IMG/VR virus record: IMGVR_UViG_3300033183_000058
Location: 1-64,000 of that record
Strand: one strand, 5' to 3'
Length of the DNA: 64,000 bases
From: a virus
The notes beneath the pieces were generated by a model. The model ran no database searches. It was not told the DNA's origin and saw only the letters and a program-made list of their open reading frames with translations. Position 1 is the first letter of the stretch; each line of letters starts with the position of its first letter. Made by a program: the position numbers and the translations under genes. This document shows, piece by piece, positions 37,504 to 48,075 of the stretch.

Positions 37504-40167
37504 TTAACCTGCATCATCATCTGGTGCTGAAATTAATATTGATGGTATATAGTTTACTTCTCTGACGTTAGTTGATACAACAGGACCATTATCCAGTGTT
37601 GACCCTTCTGTTTCCTCAACGTCAGGATATTGTTTTAAAATTCCTTGTATATCTTGTGTAAACACACCTTTTGAAAATTGATTATTGACCTGTGTTACTT
37701 GATATATCAAACCTTTATATACTTGCCCAGAGCCTGTGGTTGTATTTTCTATTTCATTTTGATCTTTAAGTTCGATTGGTCTTAGATCTGCCATGCCAGT
37801 TGTTTCGTCATAGTCTTCCATAGTGTTGTAATCAACTTCAATTAAACACTCTCCTGAATCATAATCAACTGATCCGTCGGGCAAATAACCAGGATTGTTG
37901 TCTTGAACACCTAGGCTTCTCCAGAATATATCTCCCTGCTGTATATAATCAGGATCACCTAAGATTTTCATGTTTAATAATGCGTAATCTGTTGGTGAAT
38001 ATAACACCGACGCCGCACGAGCCGCTGGGTCTGCAGACAAGTCACTGCCTTGTATCACTGTTTGATCTGGTGGTCCAGGGTTTGTTGTTTCTCCTATTGT
38101 CGAAACATCTGCTTTATTTTGTGCAATCAACGGACTCGATGACACATAATACAGTGCGTTGAAGTCAACTTCGTAATTTAATATTTCTGTATTTTCTCCA
38201 GTAAACCAATATTTGTATCTTTTTTGGCAACCATTGAATTTTCTTCTAGGAAATGCAGGTGATTTAACATCACTGACTGCACTTGGAGTTACTTGATATA
38301 TTATTTTATAAGCATAATCCTTGCGAATTTCGTCCCAACCCAATACTCGAACGCTGGAAGTTATTCTATACCACTGTAATAAATTATTACTTGATTTATT
38401 TTTTACGTCTCTGGTATTAGGATCTATATATTTTTTCTGCTGTGCTGTAATCCATTCGCTGGCTCTGATACATTGATCTAATATATGTTGTATTTGACTA
38501 CCTGCGTTAATTGAAAAATTAAGTATATTTTTCTGCACTGTGTTACTTGATGTAGATATCAATGCTGGATTAACGTTGGCCATGGCCGTTCTTTCTTTTT
38601 TAGTTGTGCCTGGTGCTTTTACTTTTTGCTTACCAATACCACCTCTGAATTTAACTTCAAATTCAGGTGCAATACCAATAACGCCTTTTGCTTCTAGTTC
38701 TTTATAGTGTCTATTCAGTGATTCAAGCATGCCAGTTGACAATAATCTAGTATCATTGCCATCCACTTCTTGACTTAGTTGACCATTAAATAAATTCTCA
38801 AGTGTCTGTCCTTTAATCTCAACTTGATATTTTGCTGTTGAGTTTTTCTGACCCATAGCCTGCAAGTGATTAATTGGCACTGCTGAACACATGTATTCTA
38901 CTGCGCCTGTTGCGGCTCTTGTAGTAATATTAGTAAATTGAAATGGAATATATTTTTCTGTTAATGGTCTACTAGCAGTGACATTGACTGTGCCATCTGC
39001 ACCTGTTCCGCCACCTGTTTCAACATCAGATGCTGTAGCTGATTGTCCTTCTTCGCCGTAGAATCTTATGACCATGAGATAATGCTGTTTAATCCAATCT
39101 TTAGCACCTAGTCGTGCCTCAGGGTTTTCATTAGCTATTAAATCTTCACTGGCATTTTTTAATCTATTTAAAAATGTAAAACCATATGGTTCTGTAATTT
39201 TAAAGTTTAACTGTGTTACGTTAGTAGCACCTCTGACCTGTTGTGGCATTAGTGTCTGTATTTCTAAATCGTCAATGAAATAGTCTAGGTCAAAAAATCT
39301 ATTTCTAAATGCTCCGCCTGCAGTATACGGATCGCCTACAAATCCTCCTGGTAATCCTCCGCTGGCTAATATAGCATTAAATCCTTCAACACTTTTAACT
39401 GCCTGTGCATCTGCATCATTGGCATTTGCTTCTTCATCATAACCCATCATTTTGTTATATTGATCAGGTGTTATCATGTATATGGTTATGTTATATGTTG
39501 ATGTGCCAAATTTTGATAAAACATTACTGCTAGGATTAATTTCTTTATCATAACCTACAGCAACACGAATATTGTTTTGTCCACTCTGTGTAGTTGGATT
39601 AGTAGGTGCCTGTAGTCCGGTGTCTTCGCTGACAGCATTAGTTGTTTGATCATTAAAATCTGCAAGACCTCTAGTAGTAGTTTCATCAGCATTTGAATTA
39701 GTTTCGATAGCATTTGCACCTTGGTCTGACTCTAGTTCTGGGTTTTGAACTGTGGCATCTTCTGTTCTGTTTAATCCGTCGTCACCTGCTATCTGCGCCG
39801 CAGAATTAGTAGCATCCTCAGGCAGAGGTTCACGTGTGCCTGCATCTGCTATAGCTTGTTGTAACTCTGTTAATGCGTCAGCAGTAGTATTTCTAGACAC
39901 AGCAAGATCTGTTACTGCTTCTGCTACTCTATTACTCCATTCAGGATCACTGCGTCCTTCTAATACATTTGGTGTTTCTCTGGCTGTATTGATATTTCTA
40001 ATTAGATCACTGGCTCTTTCTACTAGATCGTTTGCCGTGTTAACAGCAAAATCAGAATTAATTGTAGCCAGATACGAATTAATGTCAGCAACAACTGCGT
40101 CAGCCTGAGCACCTAAGGCATCACGTTGAAGTTCAATCTGTTTGACATCAGCTTCTCTTAATGCCAT
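37504..40167 (-). CDS. Baseplate hub protein (gp27-like position)
   Basis: FKITEPYG, KILGDPDYI, Y.VT.V...FSKGVFTQ motifs typical of hub proteins; between gp53-like and gp5. Confidence 0.6.
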   Translation of the reverse strand: MALREADVKQIELQRDALGAQADAVVADINSYLATINSDFAVNTANDLVERASDLIRNINTARETPNVLEGRSDPEWSNRVAEAVTDLAVSRNTTADALTELQQAIADAGTREPLPEDATNSAAQIAGDDGLNRTEDATVQNPELESDQGANAIETNSNADETTTRGLADFNDQTTNAVSEDTGLQAPTNPTTQSGQNNIRVAVGYDKEINPSSNVLSKFGTSTYNITIYMITPDQYNKMMGYDEEANANDADAQAVKSVEGFNAILASGGLPGGFVGDPYTAGGAFRNRFFDLDYFIDDLEIQTLMPQQVRGATNVTQLNFKITEPYGFTFLNRLKNASEDLIANENPEARLGAKDWIKQHYLMVIRFYGEEGQSATASDVETGGGTGADGTVNVTASRPLTEKYIPFQFTNITTRAATGAVEYMCSAVPINHLQAMGQKNSTAKYQVEIKGQTLENLFNGQLSQEVDGNDTRLLSTGMLESLNRHYKELEAKGVIGIAPEFEVKFRGGIGKQKVKAPGTTKKERTAMANVNPALISTSSNTVQKNILNFSINAGSQIQHILDQCIRASEWITAQQKKYIDPNTRDVKNKSSNNLLQWYRITSSVRVLGWDEIRKDYAYKIIYQVTPSAVSDVKSPAFPRRKFNGCQKRYKYWFTGENTEILNYEVDFNALYYVSSSPLIAQNKADVSTIGETTNPGPPDQTVIQGSDLSADPAARAASVLYSPTDYALLNMKILGDPDYIQQGDIFWRSLGVQDNNPGYLPDGSVDYDSGECLIEVDYNTMEDYDETTGMADLRPIELKDQNEIENTTTGSGQVYKGLIYQVTQVNNQFSKGVFTQDIQGILKQYPDVEETEGSTLDNGPVVSTNVREVNYIPSILISAPDDDAG

Positions 40168-40168
40168 A

Positions 40169-40468
40169 TTAGAAACCTAGTGCTTTTTTAAGTGTTGAAA
40201 TTTTAGGCAAGTAGATAGTTGTTCCTACTTTAAAATCATATATAGGATCTACCAATGAGTTTGGGTTACGCTGAGCAAATACCCACCATAAATCAGAATC
40301 ATCATACAAATCTTGTGCTAATAGATCAGGACGATGTTGATAGGTCTGTGTTATTGTATATTGTTGATCATCACTATACTTTGGTATTTTACGATTCTGC
40401 ATAACACCTAGATAACCATCTTGTGTTCTTGTGGTGTAGTATGGTGACTTTGATGAATATTTTGCCAT
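40169..40468 (-). CDS. gp53: Baseplate wedge gp53-like (LysM-like) protein
   Basis: RPDLLAQDLY.DSDLWWVFAQRN...GTTIYLP. Confidence 0.75.
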   Translation of the reverse strand: MAKYSSKSPYYTTRTQDGYLGVMQNRKIPKYSDDQQYTITQTYQHRPDLLAQDLYDDSDLWWVFAQRNPNSLVDPIYDFKVGTTIYLPKISTLKKALGF

Positions 40469-41277
40469 TACCAGAAACCTCTCTTAAGACCTGACCCACT
40501 GGCATAATCTTTGAGACTGAACTCTTGACTCTGTCTCTTACGTGACACAATAGGATGCAGTGTTAACATAAATTCTATTTTAGTTGGAACGTAACTTGAT
40601 GTTCTACTAGATAAATCACCTGTGCCAGATCCATAATATTTGTTTTCAGCACCTTTGCTTATGCCTTGTGTGAATAATTCAAATAGTCTTGTTAATGGTG
40701 ATCTATATCCATTTCTTGCTGTTCTTTGTTCGGATAAATCAACACCAGAATCTGCATTTGATGTTCTTACATAGTCAACGTCCGGTGGTAACACATAGTT
40801 AAATTGCTGTATTACACAAGGCTGATTATTAAATTGATCATCACCAAAACCTTCTAAGAACACCAACGGTGGTGGATTGCCACGTTCTGCTGTGTCCTGA
40901 CCATAAAACATTTTAGTTGCTGAACGGAAGAAGTGCGTTGTGGCCAACAAATAGTCTGCTTCTTTAGTTGACTGTGCTGTAAATGTTCCAGTAATTTGTA
41001 TATCGGATATTTGACTTGATTGATAAAAATACTGTTTATAGTTTGAATGTGTTGGAGTAGTTTCACTATAATTTGCTTGATAGTTAACCATGACCTGTGG
41101 TGTGTATGGAAATATAACACCATCAGTTCCTCTGAGAGGTGACAATATGCCCGGTGTGTCTGATTTATACAACACATTTGATCCAGGTGCAAGACGCATT
41201 CTAAATCGCCAATCTCTAGCATCTGTTTCTACTGTAGACTGAGCGGTTACGTCATTTGGGTTAGTAATGTCTGCCAT
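40468..41277 (-). CDS. Tail tube initiator / baseplate-tube junction protein (gp48/gp54-like)
   Basis: FPYTP, I.ITGTFT, PPPLVFL.GFG, PCVI..F.Y, VPT..E..LTL motifs. Confidence 0.65.
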   Translation of the reverse strand: MADITNPNDVTAQSTVETDARDWRFRMRLAPGSNVLYKSDTPGILSPLRGTDGVIFPYTPQVMVNYQANYSETTPTHSNYKQYFYQSSQISDIQITGTFTAQSTKEADYLLATTHFFRSATKMFYGQDTAERGNPPPLVFLEGFGDDQFNNQPCVIQQFNYVLPPDVDYVRTSNADSGVDLSEQRTARNGYRSPLTRLFELFTQGISKGAENKYYGSGTGDLSSRTSSYVPTKIEFMLTLHPIVSRKRQSQEFSLKDYASGSGLKRGFW

Positions 41278-41296
41278 TTATTTTCTCCGTTTCTAC

Positions 41297-41303
41297 TATT
41301 TAT
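41297..41303 (-). promoter_or_regulatory. T4-type late promoter (ATAAATA) heading the baseplate module
   Basis: Upstream of GGAG SD and ATG 41277; divergent from gp55 promoter. Confidence 0.65.
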
Positions 41304-41347
41304 TAATATCATTATAACCCATTATAATTGTCGCTTACCAAAAAAGG

Positions 41348-41375
41348 TTGACAGGGGTCTAATCGGCTGTATAAT
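41348..41375 (+). promoter_or_regulatory. Sigma70 consensus promoter TTGACA-N16-TATAAT for gp55-47-46
   Basis: Perfect hexamers at 41348-41353 and 41370-41375. Confidence 0.85.
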
Positions 41376-41403
41376 TAATAGTATTGTTAACGGAGAAACT
41401 AAC

Positions 41404-42321
41404 GTGTCAGAAGATAAAGTAATTACCAGAACCGGACGTAGAGTAAACTATCTCAACAACAGAGATATCCTTAAAGAAATACACAAGTCAAAAAAGACCT
41501 ACTGTAGTTACACTAATATTGAAACTGATTCAGACTTTGATATTATTGTTCCTGATATTAAAAAAATTAATAAAACTAGAATCAAAGAAGCACGTCAGTT
41601 AAAGATCACTAAGTGGAAAAAAGAAACAGGCGAAGAATTAAATCCTAAAGATATAGCAGATACTGATCTAGTATTTCGTGTTATGACCTGGGACCATATT
41701 CCTCTAGTGCCTAAAAAGCCTACTAAAGCACAGTTAAAGAAACGTGCTAAGATTGAGGAAATGTTTGATGACATTGAAGAAGCCAGAGAACAAGAAGATT
41801 ACGGCATTGATGATCATATTCATGCCAAAGTAAACTTTCCTCCGTTTCAACACTACAAAGTTGATGAAGATGGCGTCCCATATAAGGTAGGACAAAGCCA
41901 TTGGCGAGGTGATTTTGAAACAGGTAAGTTCTCAAAAGATCACGGACAAATGACTAACAAACTAGCTCATATGTTTATCAAATTGTGTGAGCGTTATGCT
42001 ACTAGATCAAACTGGCGTGGTTATACCTATAACGAAGAAATGCGTGGACAGGCGCTACTTCAACTATCACAAATTGGTCTACAGTTTGATGAGTCAAAAT
42101 CGGACAATCCATTTGCTTATTACACTGCGGCCATTACTAATTCATTTACTCGTGTGCTTAATATTGAAAAGAAAAACCAAAGCATCAGAGACGATATCTT
42201 AGAAATGAACGGATTGAATCCAAGTTGGACTAGACAAAACGCCGATGTTGATGCTAAACTAGAAGATAAGTTTTACGAAAAGCAACGAGAAAAACAAAAA
42301 GAGAAACAAAAATCAAAGTAA
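41404..42321 (+). CDS. gp55: Late-transcription sigma factor gp55-like
   Basis: NYLNN, NWRGYTYNEEM, FDESKSDNPFAYYT..ITNSF.R..EKK; directly upstream of gp47/gp46; GTG start with GGAG SD. Confidence 0.88.
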   Translation: MSEDKVITRTGRRVNYLNNRDILKEIHKSKKTYCSYTNIETDSDFDIIVPDIKKINKTRIKEARQLKITKWKKETGEELNPKDIADTDLVFRVMTWDHIPLVPKKPTKAQLKKRAKIEEMFDDIEEAREQEDYGIDDHIHAKVNFPPFQHYKVDEDGVPYKVGQSHWRGDFETGKFSKDHGQMTNKLAHMFIKLCERYATRSNWRGYTYNEEMRGQALLQLSQIGLQFDESKSDNPFAYYTAAITNSFTRVLNIEKKNQSIRDDILEMNGLNPSWTRQNADVDAKLEDKFYEKQREKQKEKQKSK

Positions 42322-42346
42322 AACCCTGTAACTACTAAGGAAGGTT

Positions 42347-43363
42347 ATGGCAAATTTATTTAAGAAGGCGGCTGTCCTTACTGACATTCACTTTGGACTA
42401 AAGTCAAACTCAACTACACACAACGAAGACTGTTTAAATTTCGTAAAATGGTTTATTGAAAAAGCCAAAGCGGAAGGTTGTGAAACCTGTATTATGATGG
42501 GCGACTGGCACAACAACCGTGCCGCAATCAATATCGTCACACTCAACTATAGTTTAACAGCACTAGAACTACTAGGCGATGCTTTTGATCGTGTGTTCTT
42601 TATTCCAGGTAATCACGACTTATACTACAGAGACAGGCGTGACATACAGTCAGCAAGTTGGGCTAAACATATCAAAAACGTTCACATCATGAACGACTTC
42701 TACTCAGAGGGCGATGTTCAATTCATACCTTGGCTGGTTGGTGACGAAGCAAAGAAAGTTAAAAAGATGGAAGGCAAGTATGCTTTTGGACATCTAGAGT
42801 TACCTCACTTCTTTATGAATGCTATGGTGCAGATGCCAGACACAGGTGAGATACAGCGTGAAGACTTCCGTGGATTAGAATCTGTTTATACAGGACATTT
42901 CCATAAACGTCAAAGCCATAATAACATTATCTATACTGGTAACTGCTTTCCTCACAACTACGCAGACGCAGGCGATGATGACAGAGGTATGACCATTATT
43001 GAATGGGGTAAAGATCCAGAATATCATTCATGGCCACAACAACCTAGATATCGTGTCTATAACTTAGATGAGATGCTGAACAATCCAGAAGAACTCTGTA
43101 AGGAAAAGATGCACATCCGTGTGAACTTGAATATTGATATTAGTTATGAAGAAGCAAGTTTCATCCGTGAGGAGTTTGTAGGCAAATACAACCTACGTGA
43201 ACTTACACTGATACCTGTTAAGAAAGATGTAGAGTTTGCAGATGTTCAACCAGGAGAGTTGAAGTTCGAATCGGTTGACACCATAGTAACAAATCAGTTA
43301 ACATCAATAGAAAGCGATCATTACGATCCTAAACTACTATTAGAAATTTACAGAGATCTATAA
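42347..43363 (+). CDS. gp47: Recombination nuclease subunit gp47 (Mre11/SbcD-like)
   Basis: DIHFG, GDW, GNHD, GH.E, GHFH metallophosphoesterase motifs. Confidence 0.95.
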   Translation: MANLFKKAAVLTDIHFGLKSNSTTHNEDCLNFVKWFIEKAKAEGCETCIMMGDWHNNRAAINIVTLNYSLTALELLGDAFDRVFFIPGNHDLYYRDRRDIQSASWAKHIKNVHIMNDFYSEGDVQFIPWLVGDEAKKVKKMEGKYAFGHLELPHFFMNAMVQMPDTGEIQREDFRGLESVYTGHFHKRQSHNNIIYTGNCFPHNYADAGDDDRGMTIIEWGKDPEYHSWPQQPRYRVYNLDEMLNNPEELCKEKMHIRVNLNIDISYEEASFIREEFVGKYNLRELTLIPVKKDVEFADVQPGELKFESVDTIVTNQLTSIESDHYDPKLLLEIYRDL

Positions 43364-45133
43364 TTGTTTAAACTAAAAACACTAACAGTTAAAAACTTTA
43401 TGAGTGTGGGTAATGCCACGCAGGCAGTTAACTTTGATCGTAGAGACCTAACACTAGTATTAGGTGTTAATATCGATCTCGGAGGCGATGATAGTGGCGC
43501 AAGGAATGGAACAGGTAAGACCACTATCATTAACGCCCTTTCATATGCACTGTTTGGACAAGCATTGACCAACATCAAACGTGATAACTTGATTAACAAA
43601 ACAAACTCAAAAGGTATGTTGGTTTCATTAGACTTTGAACATAATGGACAGCAGTATAAAATAGAACGTGGACGTAAGAAAAATGTCATGCGTTTTTATG
43701 TAGGTGATGAGGAACAAGAAATCACAGACATGGCACAGGGCGATAGTCGAGAAACACAAAAATATATTGAATCAATGTTGGGCATGAGTCATGAGATGTT
43801 CAAACATTTGGTTGCACTAAACACCTACACTGATCCTTTTTTAAATCTACGTGCTAACGATCAAAAAGATATCATTGAACAGTTGCTTGGTATTACCATG
43901 CTTTCAGAAAAAGCAGATGCTCTTAAAGAAAAACTTAAAGAAACTAGAGATGCAATCAAAGAAGAAGAATATCGCATCAAAGCACAGCAGGAAGCCAACG
44001 CTAAGATCAAAGATCAAATTGAAGGTCTCAAACGTAGACAAACATTATGGATTCAGAAAAAAGAAGATGATATCGATTATCTAAATGCAGGACTAGCAAA
44101 ACTAGAAGAGATTGATATTGAAAAAGAGTTAGAGCTACACAAAGAACTTAAGACGTGGAAGGAACAATCTACACAGATAGAACAAGTTCAAACAGCAATC
44201 AAACAAGCAGAGCGTGACTACAAGCGTGAAGAAGATGCTATCGGTAAACTAAAAGCAGACTTAGAGTTAGTTAGAGAACATAAGTGTCATGCCTGTGGAC
44301 AAGAGGTGCATGATGAGAAACATGGTGAGATTCTAGCACAAAAAGAAGCAAGTCTTAAGGATGCTGAACAAGAACACGAGCGTCACTACACAACCTATCA
44401 AGAACTAGTTAAAGCAGAACAAGAATTGGGTGCTTTAGGTATTAGACCAGAAACATTCTACTCAGATGAAAAAGATGCTTATGAACACAAAAGTTCTATG
44501 GCTAACTTAGAATCACAGATTAAACAACGTGAAGCAGAAGAAGACCCATATGATGAACAGATCAAAGAGATGGAAGAAAGTGCAGAGTCTGAGATAGATT
44601 ATTCCACAACGAATGATCTAGAAAAACTGCGTGAGCATCAAGAGTTCTTACAAAAATTGTTAACAAACAAAGATAGTTTTATTAGAAAACGTATCATCGA
44701 TCAAAACTTGAGTTATCTTAATTCACGGTTAAGTTATTATCTTGACAAGATTGGACTGCCACACACAGTCACCTTCCTTAGCGATCTGTCAGTAGAGATA
44801 CAGGAACTTGGCCGTGAGTTAGATTTTGATAACTTGTCTAGAGGTGAACGTAATAGACTGATACTTTCACTGTCGTGGTCATTCCGTGATGTCTATGAAA
44901 GCCTCTACGACCCTATTAACTTACTATTCATTGATGAATTGATTGATAGTGGTATGGATTCTAGTGGTGTTGAATCAGCACTGGCAATCCTTAAGAAGAT
45001 GTCAAGAGAGCATAACAAGTCAATATGGCTAGTGTCACACAAAGATGAACTAGCAGGTCGTGTTAATAATATTATGACTGTGACTAAAGAGAATGGTTTT
45101 ACTACATACGGTAACGACGTTGAAACAGTTTAG
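43364..45133 (+). CDS. gp46: Recombination ATPase subunit gp46 (Rad50/SbcC-like)
   Basis: KNFMSVGN, Walker A NGTGKT, zinc hook CHAC, signature LSRGE, Walker B LFIDE, SH. Confidence 0.95.
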   Translation: MFKLKTLTVKNFMSVGNATQAVNFDRRDLTLVLGVNIDLGGDDSGARNGTGKTTIINALSYALFGQALTNIKRDNLINKTNSKGMLVSLDFEHNGQQYKIERGRKKNVMRFYVGDEEQEITDMAQGDSRETQKYIESMLGMSHEMFKHLVALNTYTDPFLNLRANDQKDIIEQLLGITMLSEKADALKEKLKETRDAIKEEEYRIKAQQEANAKIKDQIEGLKRRQTLWIQKKEDDIDYLNAGLAKLEEIDIEKELELHKELKTWKEQSTQIEQVQTAIKQAERDYKREEDAIGKLKADLELVREHKCHACGQEVHDEKHGEILAQKEASLKDAEQEHERHYTTYQELVKAEQELGALGIRPETFYSDEKDAYEHKSSMANLESQIKQREAEEDPYDEQIKEMEESAESEIDYSTTNDLEKLREHQEFLQKLLTNKDSFIRKRIIDQNLSYLNSRLSYYLDKIGLPHTVTFLSDLSVEIQELGRELDFDNLSRGERNRLILSLSWSFRDVYESLYDPINLLFIDELIDSGMDSSGVESALAILKKMSREHNKSIWLVSHKDELAGRVNNIMTVTKENGFTTYGNDVETV

Positions 45134-46034
45134 TAATACACCAATAAAGTTGTTACATCTAGAACCTACAACAGACTGTAACGTTGCTTGTCCTCAGTGC
45201 AATAGAACTATCGGACTTCCTTACTACAATGATAAAAAAGATAGATCTGAACTTTCGTTAGACGATATTAAAAAATTATTTACTGTAGAATTTATAAAAA
45301 ACCTTGACAAAATGTTTATGTGTGGAAACTTTGGCGAGCCTGCGGCCGCTAAGGATTGCCTGGATATATTTCGTTACTTTAAGGAAGTTAACCCTAACAT
45401 AACACTGGGCATGAATACCAATGGTAGTCTACGAACCAAAGGCTGGTGGAAGGAACTTGCTGAAATCTTTTCAGGTCCATTGGATTATGTTGTTTGGTCA
45501 ATTGACGGATTAGAAGATACCAATCATATCTATCGTGTTAACGCAGTATGGGATAAGATTATTGAAAATAGTCAAGCATTTATATCAGCAGGCGGCTCAG
45601 CACATTGGGATATGCTGATATTTGACTATAATGAACATCAAGTTGATCAAGCAGAAAGTCTAGCACGTGAACTAGGATTTAGTTGGTTCAGGGCAAAAGT
45701 AAGTAAACGTTTTGACTATGCTCCTGTTGGGTTTTTAGAACCACCTAAGAGTTGGAATAAACCCAATGTTGTTGAAGCAGATAAAATTGAATGTATAGCC
45801 CTTAGAGAGCAAAGTTTATATGTTGCCGCAAATGGTGAAATTTTACCTTGTTGCTGGTTTGGTGCAGAGGCATTCAGTTTAGATCAAAAAGCCAAAGAGC
45901 TAACAAAAGATTTAACTAAATTAGAACATAGTTGGACCAGCGACCCCCATAGGATTTGCTTGACTACTTGTGGTGTAGATGAACAAGGAACAAGTTTTGA
46001 TAAACAATGGCAAAGAGAAACACAACTTCGTTAG
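45120..46034 (+). CDS. Radical SAM protein with C-terminal Cys (SPASM/twitch-like) region
   Basis: CNVACPQC, CGNFGEP, TNG, SIDG, C-terminal C...PCC...C..TC; start uncertain (TTG 45120 or ATG 45093). Confidence 0.88.
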   Translation: MKQFSNTPIKLLHLEPTTDCNVACPQCNRTIGLPYYNDKKDRSELSLDDIKKLFTVEFIKNLDKMFMCGNFGEPAAAKDCLDIFRYFKEVNPNITLGMNTNGSLRTKGWWKELAEIFSGPLDYVVWSIDGLEDTNHIYRVNAVWDKIIENSQAFISAGGSAHWDMLIFDYNEHQVDQAESLARELGFSWFRAKVSKRFDYAPVGFLEPPKSWNKPNVVEADKIECIALREQSLYVAANGEILPCCWFGAEAFSLDQKAKELTKDLTKLEHSWTSDPHRICLTTCGVDEQGTSFDKQWQRETQLR

Positions 46035-47548
46035 ACATAGCACTATTAAGTGTTCCAAGAATTGCACCTGTGAGGCCACAGATGGCTCCTGCTGTCTTAA
46101 AGGGTATATGCAATAAACTTGATCTATCATCTAAAATATTAGATCTTAATCAAGACTTTTATCTAAAGTGGGGTAAACAAAACGAATCAGCAGTTCAGAC
46201 TTTAGATGATTACTTTATTGAATTCTCTAAATCATTAGATTCTAATATTAAAGACATTTACTACCAATGGATAGACTCTTGGGTTGAGCAAATTAACAAA
46301 CTCAATCCTAAGCATATAGGTATCAGTGTGTTCAGTTGGCAAAGCCAAAGATTTACTAGAGATCTATTAACACGCCTCAGACCTAAAACCCAGGCAATAA
46401 TACACATTGGCGGTCAAGGTCTAACACATAATCAAAATTTAAGTGCTCACTGGTCAAGCCGAGTAACATTTGGATGGGAGATGTTAGATTCTAATCTCAT
46501 CGATTACTTTATGAAAGGCGAAAGCGAAGAAACATTTGAACGTTTCTTACAGGGAGAAAGAGATTTACCTGGACTCAACAATGATTCTGTTGTTAAGTTT
46601 TCAGCATTAGACAATGTGCCTTTGCCTGACTATGATGATTTAGACATACAAGGATACCAAAATGGTTATAGTGCCGGTGTGTTGCCTATAGAAAGCAGTC
46701 GCGGTTGTGTGCGTAGTTGTAGTTTTTGCGAAATGAGTTCAATGCACGGTAACTTCAGACGTAAGTCAGGACACAGTGTAGCACGTGAAATGATTGAATA
46801 TTATAAAAAATATGGAGTTAGAGATTTCTATTTCCATGACGATCTAATGAACGGTAATCTAGATGATTTTAGAGACACCCTTAATGATCTAATAGAATTT
46901 TATGAACAAGAAAATTTAGGAGATGCTTACTTTAGTTTAAGTGGGTATTGGATCATACGTAGCCAGCGACAGTTTGGAGTCAAAGATTGGCAGACACTAA
47001 AACGTGCAGGTGGTAACTTGTTTGTAGTTGGTATCGAAACAGGATCAGATAGATTAAGAAAAATAGTTCGTAAAGGATTTACCAACAAAGATCTAGAGTT
47101 CAGTGTTAAACAAATGAGTAACAATGGTCTTAAGTTTTACTTTATGTTAATATCAGGCATACCTGGAGAAACCAAACAAGACTTTCAAGATACATTAGAT
47201 ATGCTGACTAATTGGCAACGTTATGTTGCAGACGGAACTATTATTGGTATTAATCTAGGAACAACAGCAACTATCGAAGAAGGCACAGACTTTTATAACA
47301 AGCCTGAGAAATACAATGTTGTTGGCTTCCAAGGTAAAAAGCCACAGGGCATCAACTGGATGAGTTTAGACACACCTGAATTAGATTATAAAGAACGTGT
47401 GCGTAGAAGAATTAAAATACAAGAACACGTTATGAGTTTAGGTTATCCATTATGGAAAGGTGATGATCATCTTAAGATAATCAAAGATCAATATATCCTT
47501 AATAAGGATCAATGGGAACAGTATCGTTCAGGATTAATAATGCCGTGA
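46007..47548 (+). CDS. B12-binding-domain radical SAM protein (class B methyltransferase-like)
   Basis: N-terminal Rossmann-like domain (IGISVF, IHIGG, GESE), SRGCVRSCSFC, FHDD, GIETGS, GIPGET. Confidence 0.88.
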   Translation: MAKRNTTSLDIALLSVPRIAPVRPQMAPAVLKGICNKLDLSSKILDLNQDFYLKWGKQNESAVQTLDDYFIEFSKSLDSNIKDIYYQWIDSWVEQINKLNPKHIGISVFSWQSQRFTRDLLTRLRPKTQAIIHIGGQGLTHNQNLSAHWSSRVTFGWEMLDSNLIDYFMKGESEETFERFLQGERDLPGLNNDSVVKFSALDNVPLPDYDDLDIQGYQNGYSAGVLPIESSRGCVRSCSFCEMSSMHGNFRRKSGHSVAREMIEYYKKYGVRDFYFHDDLMNGNLDDFRDTLNDLIEFYEQENLGDAYFSLSGYWIIRSQRQFGVKDWQTLKRAGGNLFVVGIETGSDRLRKIVRKGFTNKDLEFSVKQMSNNGLKFYFMLISGIPGETKQDFQDTLDMLTNWQRYVADGTIIGINLGTTATIEEGTDFYNKPEKYNVVGFQGKKPQGINWMSLDTPELDYKERVRRRIKIQEHVMSLGYPLWKGDDHLKIIKDQYILNKDQWEQYRSGLIMP

Positions 47549-48075
47549 TATTAGAACTACACTTTGAATCAGACAATCATTTTGGACATCCAACACTAGA
47601 GATTGCTGTTGACGATCAACAGTTGTATCAGGGTGGGATTCGTAATCGATTCCAGTTTAATATAGAACTAAGCGATGGCCAACATCAACTTAAGATCACA
47701 CACTATGGTAAAAATAAAAACGAAACCACAGTTACTAATGATAAACATTTTAAGTTAACAAAAGTATTAATGGACTCGGTTGATTTAGATCTTAAAGAAC
47801 ATTGTAGATTATCGCACCAAGGGATATTTAGACCTGACTATCATCCTGACTTTGTTAAAGATCAAACATTGTTGGGTGTAATACCTCCTGAGACCATACA
47901 GCCTAATCATTACTTTGGGCATAACGGAGTTTGGATATTAGATTTTAAAACTCCTGCACTGCTTTGGATTATCGAATCACAGAATCCATCAGGTATGCAC
48001 TTAGAGGATACTATTTTTAAAAGTGGGCAAGACACTATTAATGATATAAAAGAATTTTTTGGAATAGATGACTAA
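47545..48075 (+). CDS. Hypothetical protein
   Basis: ORF; probable GTG start at 47545 overlapping upstream TGA. Confidence 0.7.
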   Translation: MILELHFESDNHFGHPTLEIAVDDQQLYQGGIRNRFQFNIELSDGQHQLKITHYGKNKNETTVTNDKHFKLTKVLMDSVDLDLKEHCRLSHQGIFRPDYHPDFVKDQTLLGVIPPETIQPNHYFGHNGVWILDFKTPALLWIIESQNPSGMHLEDTIFKSGQDTINDIKEFFGIDD

